Assembly: GCA_022560375.1 (NCBI GenBank)
Contig: JADFTK010000003.1
Location: 1-46,226, forward strand
DNA: 46,226 nt
Origin: Patescibacteria group bacterium
GTDB lineage: Bacteria > Patescibacteriota > Patescibacteriia > UBA10025 > JAHIVO01
Direction of reading: 5' to 3'
The notes beneath the pieces are model-generated. The model had not been told where the DNA came from. It did no database searches and worked only from the letters and a program-made list of their open reading frames with translations. The position numbers and the translations under genes were made by a program. Within the stretch, counting starts at the first letter, position 1. Each line of letters starts with the position of its first letter. Shown in pieces: positions 1 through 9,601 of the stretch.

Positions 1-1
1 G

Positions 2-115
2 CAACCGTATATTACTGACCTAATAGTAAACGGCCACATACGATATGAAAATGGAAGGGTGATCATACCTGGCTGGTATACATGGCTTAGCTGCCATCTT
101 GAACTAGCCGTATAA
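2..115 (+). CDS. 3' end of a hypothetical protein running in from the window edge
   Basis: Open frame QPYITDLIVNGHIRYENGRVIIPGWYTWLSCHLELAV* ending TAA 113-115, followed directly by a terminator hairpin. Confidence 0.5.
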   Translation, partial: QPYITDLIVNGHIRYENGRVIIPGWYTWLSCHLELAV

Positions 116-119
116 AACA

Positions 120-151
120 AAAACCGCCAACCTCCTATAAGAGGCGGTTTT
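120..151. terminator. Bidirectional intrinsic terminator
   Basis: AAAACCGCC...GGCGGTTTT inverted repeat between convergent genes. Confidence 0.7.
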
Positions 152-154
152 ATT

Positions 155-976
155 TTATTGTCTCTCTAAATGAGTAATGTATGTTTTTGGATTATGGATT
201 TGATACATATCCAGCTGATTACCCTTTAGGGTAGTCTGCATCACAGCCTCGGTTGCACAAATTGTGCCTTCATCGTCCCATCCATAAACATACAATTTAT
301 CATCACCAACAATTCTATAGCTACCGGCTAGCCCAACTTCACAAACATTTGTACCATCATTAATCCCAACCACAAAAGCATTAAACGGAGTTGAGGTAAA
401 TGTCCCTGCAGTTGCTGAAGTTGGGGTAAACACTACCGTAACCTCTGTGGTGGTAAAAAATACACCATTTTCCCCTGATCCGTTTATTCCATAGGCATTA
501 CCTTTCCAGGTTGTCGCAGAAATAGTAGCATTATAATCAGCAGTTGCACCGACAATGCTGCCACCGGAAATGGCATTCGAGGTAGTACTACCTAACTCAT
601 CTATGGCATCCTGAACTGTAGCTGCGGTCAATCCGCTACTGGCATTATTATAAACAATTCCACCGGTTACTGTTAAGTTGCCAACTACTTCCATATTATC
701 ATTCACAATAAATGGCATATTATCCCCAGTTCCGGAAGTTGCCCCCCGCCAAACCCGTCCATCTATACGGACGTTGTCGCCAAAAACAACTGGATTGTCG
801 TTGCCTTCAGAGTCGGTTGTCTCATTTACCACCGTACCATTGAAAAAAGTAACCCCACCAACATCTTGGGCACCTATCCTTAGCCACTCAAAAGACATAC
901 CAGCAGCATTCACCATACTGGCTGTCAGAGCTATCGAAGAAACAACAATGACTACTAAAATTATTTTACTTCTCAT
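155..976 (-). CDS. Secreted/surface protein with a phage-fibre-like SGLTAATVQDAIDEL motif
   Basis: Signal peptide (MRSK-hydrophobic-VNA), Gly/Thr/Asn-rich beta-type sequence, SD-like GGGGTG upstream. Confidence 0.7.
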   Translation of the reverse strand: MRSKIILVVIVVSSIALTASMVNAAGMSFEWLRIGAQDVGGVTFFNGTVVNETTDSEGNDNPVVFGDNVRIDGRVWRGATSGTGDNMPFIVNDNMEVVGNLTVTGGIVYNNASSGLTAATVQDAIDELGSTTSNAISGGSIVGATADYNATISATTWKGNAYGINGSGENGVFFTTTEVTVVFTPTSATAGTFTSTPFNAFVVGINDGTNVCEVGLAGSYRIVGDDKLYVYGWDDEGTICATEAVMQTTLKGNQLDMYQIHNPKTYITHLERQ

Positions 977-1095
977 AATATCACCCCCTTACTTAGTATG
1001 TTTATAGACTTATGTAACATATCACTAATCAGTCTTACTCTCAATCTAGTACCCACTCAAAACTTCCACTAATCTTAACAACGCCTAACAGGCAA

Positions 1096-1186
1096 TTGAC
1101 AAACCGTTCTCTCTGTGATACTGTGGGTAGTTACCATAAAAAAGTAATAATTGATCCTTAACAAAACCATCAATCTTATCGGAGGT
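1096..1186 (+). promoter_or_regulatory. Sigma70 promoter, boxA-like element and SD for the 1192 gene
   Basis: TTGACA(1096)-17 bp-TACTGT with extended TG; GATCCTTAACAA at 1153; GGAGGT at 1181. Confidence 0.65.
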
Positions 1187-1191
1187 ATTTA

Positions 1192-2281
1192 ATGATACAG
1201 ACAATCTGGGCGACTTGCAAAGACGCTGGTGGATCCAGAGGAATTGTACCAGTTGTCCAAGTCTTACGCCAATTAGGATATCAAGTTCCGCTATTTGTAG
1301 AGGGGCAGACAGCAGATTTTGTCTTAAGTCACGGTGAAAAAGATTTCACCGTACAAGTCTCGGCTGAACAAATTATGGTCGATCACCATTTACCCGATCT
1401 GCTAGTCACTGACATGGCCTCAACTGGTCTAAGTCTGGGCCAAAATCTGATACCGCTGCTCCGTGGTAAAAGCCCAGTAGTAGCATTGCAGGATTACTGG
1501 GGAGGCTGCCTCAATACCAACTGGTCTGATCTGCAATATAGGCCAGATTTCATATGTGTAAACGATAAGGTGGGGGCACGAATTGTTCGTGACGCCTGGA
1601 CGGAATTTCCAGAAAGTCATATTGGCGTTCAGGGTTATCCGGCACTCGATCGATATCACAATTACGATACCAAGGGCATAGCTGCGGAAATTCGATTAGC
1701 CTTGGCTATCCCCCCTGACATGCCCATAGTGTTGTACGCCGGGCAATGGCACCAAAGTGGTGCGATGCTCTACCAACTGGTAGCTGCCCTCAACACGCTA
1801 GGCAGACCTGTTTGTTTAATACCGCGCATGCACCCTGTAATGAAGGAACAGTCTCCGGAAGAAATACCCAAGTGGGAAAAAGCCACTTCTAATTTCTCGA
1901 ATGGCCAGATCCATACTGACACTTCTTCGCATGATATATCTCTCCTGATTGCCGCAGCGGATATAGTAGTATCAATGTTCTCAACTGTGCTGGTCGAAGC
2001 GGCAGTACTACGTAAACCTAACATTTCGATGCTGTATCCGGTAATTCAGACCATATTCGCTGGACAGTACAGGTCATTTAATGAGCGAGGTGCCACTAGT
2101 GGAATTAGGTTGCTCGGCTAAAGTTAGTAATCTATCAGAGTTATCTGCTGCTCTTAATCAAGGGCTGAATGGAAAGTTAGACCTTACAAATAACCAAAAT
2201 CAGCACTTTCGCGTCGATGGGGAAAACGCAACTCGAGTTGCTACCTTCATCCAAAACTGTCTTACTAATCACAGCAATTAA
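1192..2281 (+). pseudogene. GT-B fold protein (CDP-glycerol glycerophosphotransferase / UDP-GlcNAc 2-epimerase-like) split by a +1 frameshift near 2045-2065
   Basis: DAGG N-terminal motif, GYPALD, IPRMHP and ADIVVSMFSTVLVEAAVLRKP are typical of GT-B. The plausible C-terminus (DSTGHLMSEVPLVELGCS...DGENATRVA) is in the next frame (ORF 2081-2281). Confidence 0.65.
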
Positions 2282-2303
2282 TAAGTGCTTAGTAAAACAA
2301 ACC

Positions 2304-2342
2304 AAGGTTCATGATTATTCCACATCATGAACCTTTTTTTTA
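2304..2342 (+). terminator. Intrinsic terminator
   Basis: AAGGTTCATGAT / ATCATGAACCTT 12-bp stem followed by a T-run. Confidence 0.8.
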
Positions 2343-2346
2343 TTCC

Positions 2347-3633
2347 TTAATCTTTTTCGCTGACCACGCCATGAATATTAGATTGGCGAGACAAAACCAC
2401 CACTAACCCCATCAGCCCCCAAAAGAGAATAGCTAAATCATTTTTGAAATAAGGGGTGTCAAAAAATCCATGGACAAGTAAGGCTACCATGGCGGCCATC
2501 AGACCGACAGCTCCTCCACGATAAGTTTTCAAGGCCCTCAATCCCGCTTGGAAAAACTTTACCACCAGCCAGGCAAACAATACTAATCCGGCTAGCCCCA
2601 TCTCAATCCACAAACTCAATATTAAATGATCGGGATTGGGAAAAAATTCGGTATGAGATGCTTCCTTATAATCTTCATACACTATCGGGAAGCTGGCTAA
2701 ACCGGTACCAGTAATAGGATTATCCTTAATAATCCGGACAGCACCTTGCCACATCACCAATCGAACGTCTGTCGATACATCATCCGCCGTAAACACTCCA
2801 GCTATGTTAGATCTTGTTTGAGGAATGAGTATAACCAGAATGATAACCAACCCCATACTTAGCCAGAGCCATTTTTTCCATACAGAAAAAAAGCTGATAA
2901 AAATAAGAGCAATAAAAACTCCCAGCAAGGCTCCACGTGAAACAGAAAATAGCAGGCCCATAAACCCAAACACTAATACGCCTAGGACAAAAAGGTTGTC
3001 CATAAAAAAGTTCCTTAACGGCCGCAAAGCTAACTTACTTTTAGTTAACAAAATTCCCAGAAATAGAGCTACTAATGGACCAATCAATTTCCCTACCGCG
3101 GTGGGAAAAGGGAACATGGAAGTGGCTCGACGAGGAGATTCTAATCCATAATGTGCAGGAATATTTACTATATTTAAATATTGCAAAAGTGTTACATAGC
3201 CTACTATTACTGTCAGGGCGCCCAAGGCCCAGAATATCTCAGTAACTTCTTTCTTGGTTTTGATGACATTTACAAAAACTATAAAAAATAATATCGGCTC
3301 TAATATATAAGCCTTCCATAATCCCAGAGCGGCTCTGGTATCCGGCGAAATAAGTACGGCCACCACGCCAGCTAAGGCAAATAATAGAATCAACCACCGC
3401 CACGGCACTATGACATTCTTAAATTTAGACAGAGATACCAACCGTTTTACTACCCAAACAATAACTAGTACCAGAACCATAACTTCTAACACTGTCATGG
3501 GTAAAAAACCTACCTGGAATCGTATTAAGTAAGATGGTAAAAACAAAATCACCAAAGCTATGGCCCAGGGCAATCGCCGCCAAGCTACATAAGCAAAAAA
3601 TGATGCTAATAATATAATTAAAACTGTGAACAT
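2347..3633 (-). CDS. O-antigen ligase / Wzy_C family membrane protein
   Basis: Multi-TM; SRGA, R..MW, P..GTG, HPHN-like NPDH...EMGLAG motifs. Start placed at 3633 because TATAAT lies just upstream. Confidence 0.85.
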   Translation of the reverse strand: MFTVLIILLASFFAYVAWRRLPWAIALVILFLPSYLIRFQVGFLPMTVLEVMVLVLVIVWVVKRLVSLSKFKNVIVPWRWLILLFALAGVVAVLISPDTRAALGLWKAYILEPILFFIVFVNVIKTKKEVTEIFWALGALTVIVGYVTLLQYLNIVNIPAHYGLESPRRATSMFPFPTAVGKLIGPLVALFLGILLTKSKLALRPLRNFFMDNLFVLGVLVFGFMGLLFSVSRGALLGVFIALIFISFFSVWKKWLWLSMGLVIILVILIPQTRSNIAGVFTADDVSTDVRLVMWQGAVRIIKDNPITGTGLASFPIVYEDYKEASHTEFFPNPDHLILSLWIEMGLAGLVLFAWLVVKFFQAGLRALKTYRGGAVGLMAAMVALLVHGFFDTPYFKNDLAILFWGLMGLVVVLSRQSNIHGVVSEKD

Positions 3634-3667
3634 TATGATTAAATTATAGCTCATTACCACCTAAATA

Positions 3668-3702
3668 AAAAACCCCATACCTTTTCATAGATATGGGGGT
3701 TA
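3668..3702 (-). terminator. Terminator of purL
   Basis: AACCCCATA...TATGGGGGTT stem; the A-run reads as a U-tail on the minus strand. Confidence 0.65.
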
Positions 3703-3714
3703 AAAATGTACAAA

Positions 3715-6700
3715 CTAGTTATGCTGACACCAGGTGAAAGCATTCCTAAAGAGCTGGAGCCAAGGACTGGCTGACAATGATTGCCAGTCAGCTGGCAACC
3801 ACGGCCATTGCCACAGTAGAAAAGTTCTTTCGGGATGGGGCATCATCGCTAAGTGCCGACCGTCAGGTGAACACAAGGCAGCGATACCTTGCACACTGCC
3901 GTTGGGATTAAATGGATAATCCCTGGTCGGCAACCCCTGGGGACCAACATAACGGATCGGTGCTAGTTCTTTAGAAATAATATCCTGTAGCATCTCGCTA
4001 TCAGGAGCCAAAAACTGACCTTCGCCATGCGCTACCCAGACACCAAGTCTAGAACCTGACATGCCTTGGAGCATCATGGACGGACTGGATTCAATGCTGA
4101 CGCAAGAAAACCTGGATTCAAACCGACCAGAACAATTACGGATAAACCGGGGCTGCTGCTCAGATTTTATGCCCTGCCACGGTACCCAACCAAGCAATGC
4201 CATCAATTGACAACCATTACAGACCCCAAAAGAAAAGGTGTCTGACCGCTGATAAAAACGCTCAAACTGCTCGGATACTTTTTCGTTAAACCGGATAACT
4301 CCAGCCCAACCCTTGCCAGCATCCAGCACATCAGCAAATGAGAATCCACCTGGAAAAACCAATCCTCTGAACTGATCCAGGGTCGTTTGACCTTTAATCA
4401 AGTCATCCATGATTAGCTCCTGGACATCAAACCCTGCCAGATAAAATGCCGCCGCCATCTCCCGATCACCATTACTACCCCGCTCACGCAAGATAGCCAC
4501 TGAAGGTCGGCCAGTCCTATCGCCCACCAAATCTGGTGGGGGTTTAGGATGGAAACTTAAATGGTATGGTGGGGGTTTAAGCAATCCATGATTATTCCGT
4601 GATTCTTCCTCTACTGATTCCGGATTGGCACTTTGCCGATCTATCGCCGAGCTAGTCGACTCCCAAACGCTTCTCAACTCAATCATTGGCTCGCTTAAAA
4701 CCAATTCACCGTTGAGATAAGCTGTCACTTGCAGATCATTAGTTACCCAACCAGCGTGTTCATATTGAACACTGTGCCGATCAAGTACTTTATGAACCGC
4801 GTCGCTATCGTTGCATTCGATAACCAATCCCAGCTCTTCATTAAAGAAAAAAGGGATAGGATCAGCTTCGGTTTGCATGGTGATGTTCACACCAAAATTT
4901 CCAGCATAGGCCATTTCCAATAAAGTGGTAATCAAGCCGCCATCGCTTCGATCGTGAACTGCAGCGATATTCCCTTGCTTAACTAATTCTTGTACAGCCT
5001 GGAATGCGGAAATGAGTGTATCAGCATCGGCATCTGGACAATCGTCACCCACTTGCCCAAAAACTTGGGCTAAAGCAGATCCACCAAGACGATGGCTTTC
5101 ATCGGCTAAGTCAATGAACAAAAGCTCATTACCTGCTTTCTTTAAATCAGGCGTGACTTTAACACTAACGTCATCCATAGTGGCATAATTAGCAATAACC
5201 AACTCACCGGGCGCTTTGACCACATAATCAATACCCTGCCTAGTGACCTTGGCGGCCATCGACAAACTATCTTTACCGCCGTCAATCGCAATGCCCATTT
5301 TCAACATAATATCCCGCATAGCCATGGCTGCCCGATACAGCCAAGCGCCTTCGCCCGGCTCTTTAGCAGCCAGCATCCAATTAGCAGAACACTTAATGTC
5401 TTCCAAGTCAGTAATCTTGGCACCGACCATATTAAGCAGGGCCTCGGCCACCGACATGCGTGCCATTGCTTCCGGACTTATCAAACCCTTTATAGGTTGT
5501 TCACCCAGAGACAGAGCCACTCCAGTCAGACCGAAATAGCTCTGAGCTATAACCGCATAATCTGACAGGGTCAGATGATTTGGACCGACACATTGCTGTT
5601 GGACAATCAGGCCCGACACGCTCCTGTCTACTTTGGTAGTCAGGAAACGCTTGGATCCGACAGATACTAAACGCAATACCCGATCTAGCGCTTCCCGGAC
5701 AGTCAAACTGTCCGGCAACACCAGAGGCGTACGCTTTGGCTCCACAGTGGATAAATCAAAAATCTTCTGTGGAATACTTCCCAGCACATGCTCTAGTGGG
5801 AGATTTACCGGTTCAGAGCCATCATTATCATCATGAAGAATCAAATAACCGTCTCCAGTAACTTGACCGACTATGGCTAGAGGAACTCCTTCACGCTCGC
5901 AGATCTTCTTAATCCAGTCGAATTTATCGGGCCAGATTAAAAATGCATTACGCTCCTGTGATTCATTACACCAAATTTCCAAAGTGGACAATGAAACATC
6001 GCCCACGGGAATAGCTCGTAAATTAATACGTGCTCCAGCCGGCTCAACCAACTCAGGTAAAGCATTGCAGTCTCCGCCCGCACCCAAATCATGTCCAGTG
6101 ACGATGGGATTATTATCTCCCATTTCTACACAAGCGCGGATCAGACGGTTTACTTTTTGTTCCATCTGAGGGTCACCACGCTGAACAGAATTAAAATCTA
6201 GTTCAGCTTCATTAGCTCCTGATATCATAGAGCTAGCCGATCCACCACCAATACCGATACGGTACGATGGGCCACCAACTTGTACCACCAACATACCTTT
6301 AACAGGTTTTGTTTTTTCCGTGTGAGCATCATCTATCTGCCCAGCACCGACAGTGTACATAATAGGCTTATACCAACTACGATAACCATCTAGCAACTCC
6401 ATGCCAAAGGTCCTAGTAAAACCAAAGATTATTGGCTCACCAAAGCAGTTGCCATAATCAGATGCGCCATTACTAGCTTTGATGAGAATGTCTAGCGGTG
6501 CCGCTAGGTTGTCAGGGGGCGACCAACTATCACTTTCCCAAGGTAATTCATACCCAGGAATATGAAGATTACCCACGCAGTAAGCCGCACCAGATGCAAT
6601 GACTAATGCTCCTTGGCCCACCATCTGATTATCACGGATACGGCCACCCCCTCCAGTCATAGCGCCCTCATAAGGCTCTATGCCGGTAGGATGGTTATGC

Positions 6701-7554
6701 GTTTCCGCTGTCAGAGTCGGGTGGAAAAACCGTTCAACTATTTCAAACTGGCTAGTCCTACCCGGCAGGCGCTGAGTGAAATACTTAATACGATATCCGC
6801 GCATAGCCGAACTGTCATCGCCAAAAGCTATCAATGACTGGCGAGGATTGGCCAGCCACGGCGTTTTGACGATATCCATCAACGTGTGTGGCATCACCTG
6901 CCCGTCAATGACTAACTGACCTTTGAAAAAATGATGGCGTGAATGTTCTGAATTAGCCTGCCCTAACTGACAAAATTCTACGTCAGTAAAATTACGATGT
7001 AGCTTCTTGACAGCTAAATCCAAATACATAGCCAAGTCCTGATCATCCATACTCTGCCCCAGTCTCAGATTTGCCTCTTGTAGGGCATCTAATCCTTGCT
7101 CTATAACAGGAATTATCTGAATCGACTTGGGTGCCGCACCGACCGCGAAGGTCTCCAGTGGTTCTGGATATTCCATCTCAGTCATGCGGTCATGGTGAAT
7201 TTTCACCAACTCCCGAACAGATGAACCGCCAGGGTCATTAGCAAAACCATAACGTCGGGACCTTTCAATTCTCTGGACTTTAGTCAAACCACATGCTCGG
7301 AGAATCGATACTGCTGTCGTAGACCAGGCTGTTTCGAAATTCAGCCGAGGGCCGACTTCAGCAATGGCATGGCTAGACGATAAAAAACTATTCTGGCTAA
7401 ACTGTTTTGGCTCAAATGTCTCTGACAAAAACCACTTTAACCTTTCTAACTCATCCGCCGCTAAGGGCGAACTAACCTGCAGGTAATAACACCATTCAGT
7501 TTTCACACCTTGAGGCGCCCCTAAAATCGGGGTGCGATAAAATCGCAGTAACAT
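3715..7554 (-). CDS. purL: Phosphoribosylformylglycinamidine synthase, large fused type
   Basis: 1279 aa; NSEHSRH, ETHNHPT, GGKDSLSM, HDRSDGG; glutaminase motifs PGGFSFAD, GVCNG, MMPHPER. Confidence 0.97.
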   Translation of the reverse strand: MLLRFYRTPILGAPQGVKTEWCYYLQVSSPLAADELERLKWFLSETFEPKQFSQNSFLSSSHAIAEVGPRLNFETAWSTTAVSILRACGLTKVQRIERSRRYGFANDPGGSSVRELVKIHHDRMTEMEYPEPLETFAVGAAPKSIQIIPVIEQGLDALQEANLRLGQSMDDQDLAMYLDLAVKKLHRNFTDVEFCQLGQANSEHSRHHFFKGQLVIDGQVMPHTLMDIVKTPWLANPRQSLIAFGDDSSAMRGYRIKYFTQRLPGRTSQFEIVERFFHPTLTAETHNHPTGIEPYEGAMTGGGGRIRDNQMVGQGALVIASGAAYCVGNLHIPGYELPWESDSWSPPDNLAAPLDILIKASNGASDYGNCFGEPIIFGFTRTFGMELLDGYRSWYKPIMYTVGAGQIDDAHTEKTKPVKGMLVVQVGGPSYRIGIGGGSASSMISGANEAELDFNSVQRGDPQMEQKVNRLIRACVEMGDNNPIVTGHDLGAGGDCNALPELVEPAGARINLRAIPVGDVSLSTLEIWCNESQERNAFLIWPDKFDWIKKICEREGVPLAIVGQVTGDGYLILHDDNDGSEPVNLPLEHVLGSIPQKIFDLSTVEPKRTPLVLPDSLTVREALDRVLRLVSVGSKRFLTTKVDRSVSGLIVQQQCVGPNHLTLSDYAVIAQSYFGLTGVALSLGEQPIKGLISPEAMARMSVAEALLNMVGAKITDLEDIKCSANWMLAAKEPGEGAWLYRAAMAMRDIMLKMGIAIDGGKDSLSMAAKVTRQGIDYVVKAPGELVIANYATMDDVSVKVTPDLKKAGNELLFIDLADESHRLGGSALAQVFGQVGDDCPDADADTLISAFQAVQELVKQGNIAAVHDRSDGGLITTLLEMAYAGNFGVNITMQTEADPIPFFFNEELGLVIECNDSDAVHKVLDRHSVQYEHAGWVTNDLQVTAYLNGELVLSEPMIELRSVWESTSSAIDRQSANPESVEEESRNNHGLLKPPPYHLSFHPKPPPDLVGDRTGRPSVAILRERGSNGDREMAAAFYLAGFDVQELIMDDLIKGQTTLDQFRGLVFPGGFSFADVLDAGKGWAGVIRFNEKVSEQFERFYQRSDTFSFGVCNGCQLMALLGWVPWQGIKSEQQPRFIRNCSGRFESRFSCVSIESSPSMMLQGMSGSRLGVWVAHGEGQFLAPDSEMLQDIISKELAPIRYVGPQGLPTRDYPFNPNGSVQGIAALCSPDGRHLAMMPHPERTFLLWQWPWLPADWQSLSASPWLQLFRNAFTWCQHN

Positions 7555-7560
7555 GAGAAT

Positions 7561-7641
7561 CCTCCGTTTCTATTTATTAAATTACTTTTTTCTATTTATT
7601 TTTAGTCCTTTAAATTACCACTTTCATGACCCTTTAGTCAA
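7561..7641 (-). promoter_or_regulatory. purL promoter and SD
   Basis: Minus strand TTGACT-18 bp-TAATTT (TG-extended); GGAGG 6 nt before ATG. Confidence 0.6.
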
Positions 7642-7642
7642 T

Positions 7643-7676
7643 AAAAATACAGCAGGGGTTAAACTGCTGTATTTTT
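7643..7676 (-). terminator. Intrinsic terminator
   Basis: AAAAATACAGCAG / CTGCTGTATTTTT perfect 13-bp inverted repeat. Confidence 0.8.
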
Positions 7677-7694
7677 CTAACTAATGGTAATTAA

Positions 7695-8003
7695 TTAGAT
7701 AGCCCAGATTGCTGTGTAATCATTATCACCTGGAGATGAATGAGATCCACTTGGGGCCCCAGCACCATTACCGTTTGTTGCACCATCCGGTACATTTATA
7801 ATGCGCATTTCACCACTAGGGAATAATGAAAAATCGCCATCCGCAATATTAAATGTATTCGGATTATGCGCGCCAACTGTAGCATTTAATACTGGGCAGA
7901 CGAATGCCTCAGTTCTTTCTACTGCTTGAGCAGCTGGCATAGCTGCAAAGCCTAATAGGCCAAAAGCAGCGCCAAGTACTAGAACATAAATTGTTTTTTT
8001 CAT
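7695..8003 (-). CDS. Small secreted hypothetical protein
   Basis: Sec signal peptide (MKK...AQA); own promoter (TTGACA-17-TACACT, ~8077-8105) and terminator. Confidence 0.75.
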   Translation of the reverse strand: MKKTIYVLVLGAAFGLLGFAAMPAAQAVERTEAFVCPVLNATVGAHNPNTFNIADGDFSLFPSGEMRIINVPDGATNGNGAGAPSGSHSSPGDNDYTAIWAI

Positions 8004-8168
8004 AGCTTAAAATAGTTAGTTATTAATGATTTTTAAGTTCGGCCGAACTTATTTCTGACTTGTGGATTACTTTATCAGTGTATATCTTCTAAAATATAAT
8101 GTCAAGTCTACTTTACATTGAACAACGTACTAAATAGATCAAATTTACCTTGACTTGTATCCCGTTTT

Positions 8169-9599
8169 TTATTTGTAATTTCTGACTAAAATTATGTTTT
8201 GTACGGCAATCATCAATCCAATCAAAAACCAGACGTGCATTATATAGAGCGTAGAAAATGTTTGATATTGCGCCATCACGCCAAAAAAAGCTGCTAACAG
8301 GGCTACCATGATAGCCCTGAGATTACCGTCCGACGATACACTAATGGCTTTAATTGATCTGATAATTATTAAATAAACAAAGAATAAAAATACCACTAAC
8401 CCAATTATTCCGTTCTCAGCAAGTATTTCAATAAACTCATTATTAACTATTCTCCATCCGTCTTGGGGAATGTAAGCGGGATGAGGAGCCACGTACGGCC
8501 CAAAAGCACCAACCCCTATACCTATTAACGGATGCTCGCGCCAAGCCATATAAGCCTGGTCAAAAGTAGAGATTCGCTCGTCAAACGAGGCCCCATAAAA
8601 AACATTCAACACATGATCTTGAAATTTATCAATAGTTAAAACTTCTCCACCCACACTCAACGTCTGGATTACCACCCAAGCCAATAATACTGTGGCCACT
8701 ATAAAAGTTACAATTATATGCGGCCTTAGTAGTTTCTTCCAATAAAATATACTAATCACCAATAAAGTTACGGCGATAGCCAAATAACCCCCACGAGATA
8801 CTGTCAGAACTATACTAACCATGCCCAAACCAAATAAAGTTAAAAGCCAACTGGACTTTACTAAACTTTTGCCCGCCAAAAAAAGAGCGAAAATTATGGC
8901 CAGGGGTATTAATAAAAAATTAGCGAAATAAAGAGGTTCATAGGCCGTGGACTGTATGCGGGTAAAGCCCAAAACATCACGGGTATACAGATCCCGCAGC
9001 CCGGTTATGGTGGTAGGTAAACCGCTCATGTCTCCCACAAATTGAAATAATCCAAAGGCGGAGACAATGACGAAGCTGACCAATATCACCTTGATAACTT
9101 TATTTACCTGCTCTTGGGAGATAACTATATTGGGGATTAAAAATGCCAGAGACACGGTAAATATAGTATAAACCAAAATCAATAAAGAACGTTCCAAATT
9201 GACAGAATTTAGCAACGAAATTACATTAACCAATAAAAATAAGGCTAAGGCAATAAATATGGGGTTTCGCACTAAGCTAGTTCGCTTTCTCATTATCTGG
9301 TTCAGCCACCATGCCGCCGCTGTCACGATCAAAAAAATCTGGCTTAAACGGATAGTGATATCACTGAACTCATAGGCGCCTAAACGCTCAAAGGGCAAAA
9401 AGAATGCTATCAAAAATATGCCTAGTATCGGGTCGCGTAACACGAATACCAAAGCGACGGCAAATATTAGGCCCGCTGCGGCTAAGTACCATGGTAAAGA
9501 TACGTTAATGAAACTAACAGCCATCATGAATACCACCAGACTACCTATTAGCAGGCGATATTTACGGGGAGATAAAATATCAGATGGCAATGATGGCAT
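8169..9599 (-). CDS. O-antigen ligase / Wzy_C family membrane protein
   Basis: RIQSTAYEPLYFA, LTVSRGG, HPLIGIGVGAF, NNEFIEILAENGIIG. Confidence 0.88.
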   Translation of the reverse strand: MPSLPSDILSPRKYRLLIGSLVVFMMAVSFINVSLPWYLAAAGLIFAVALVFVLRDPILGIFLIAFFLPFERLGAYEFSDITIRLSQIFLIVTAAAWWLNQIMRKRTSLVRNPIFIALALFLLVNVISLLNSVNLERSLLILVYTIFTVSLAFLIPNIVISQEQVNKVIKVILVSFVIVSAFGLFQFVGDMSGLPTTITGLRDLYTRDVLGFTRIQSTAYEPLYFANFLLIPLAIIFALFLAGKSLVKSSWLLTLFGLGMVSIVLTVSRGGYLAIAVTLLVISIFYWKKLLRPHIIVTFIVATVLLAWVVIQTLSVGGEVLTIDKFQDHVLNVFYGASFDERISTFDQAYMAWREHPLIGIGVGAFGPYVAPHPAYIPQDGWRIVNNEFIEILAENGIIGLVVFLFFVYLIIIRSIKAISVSSDGNLRAIMVALLAAFFGVMAQYQTFSTLYIMHVWFLIGLMIAVQNIILVRNYK

Positions 9600-9601
9600 T
9601 A

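Noticed and set aside
7555-7640. Purine or ZTP riboswitch upstream of purL
   Set aside because: Leader is short, very AT-rich and shows no structure
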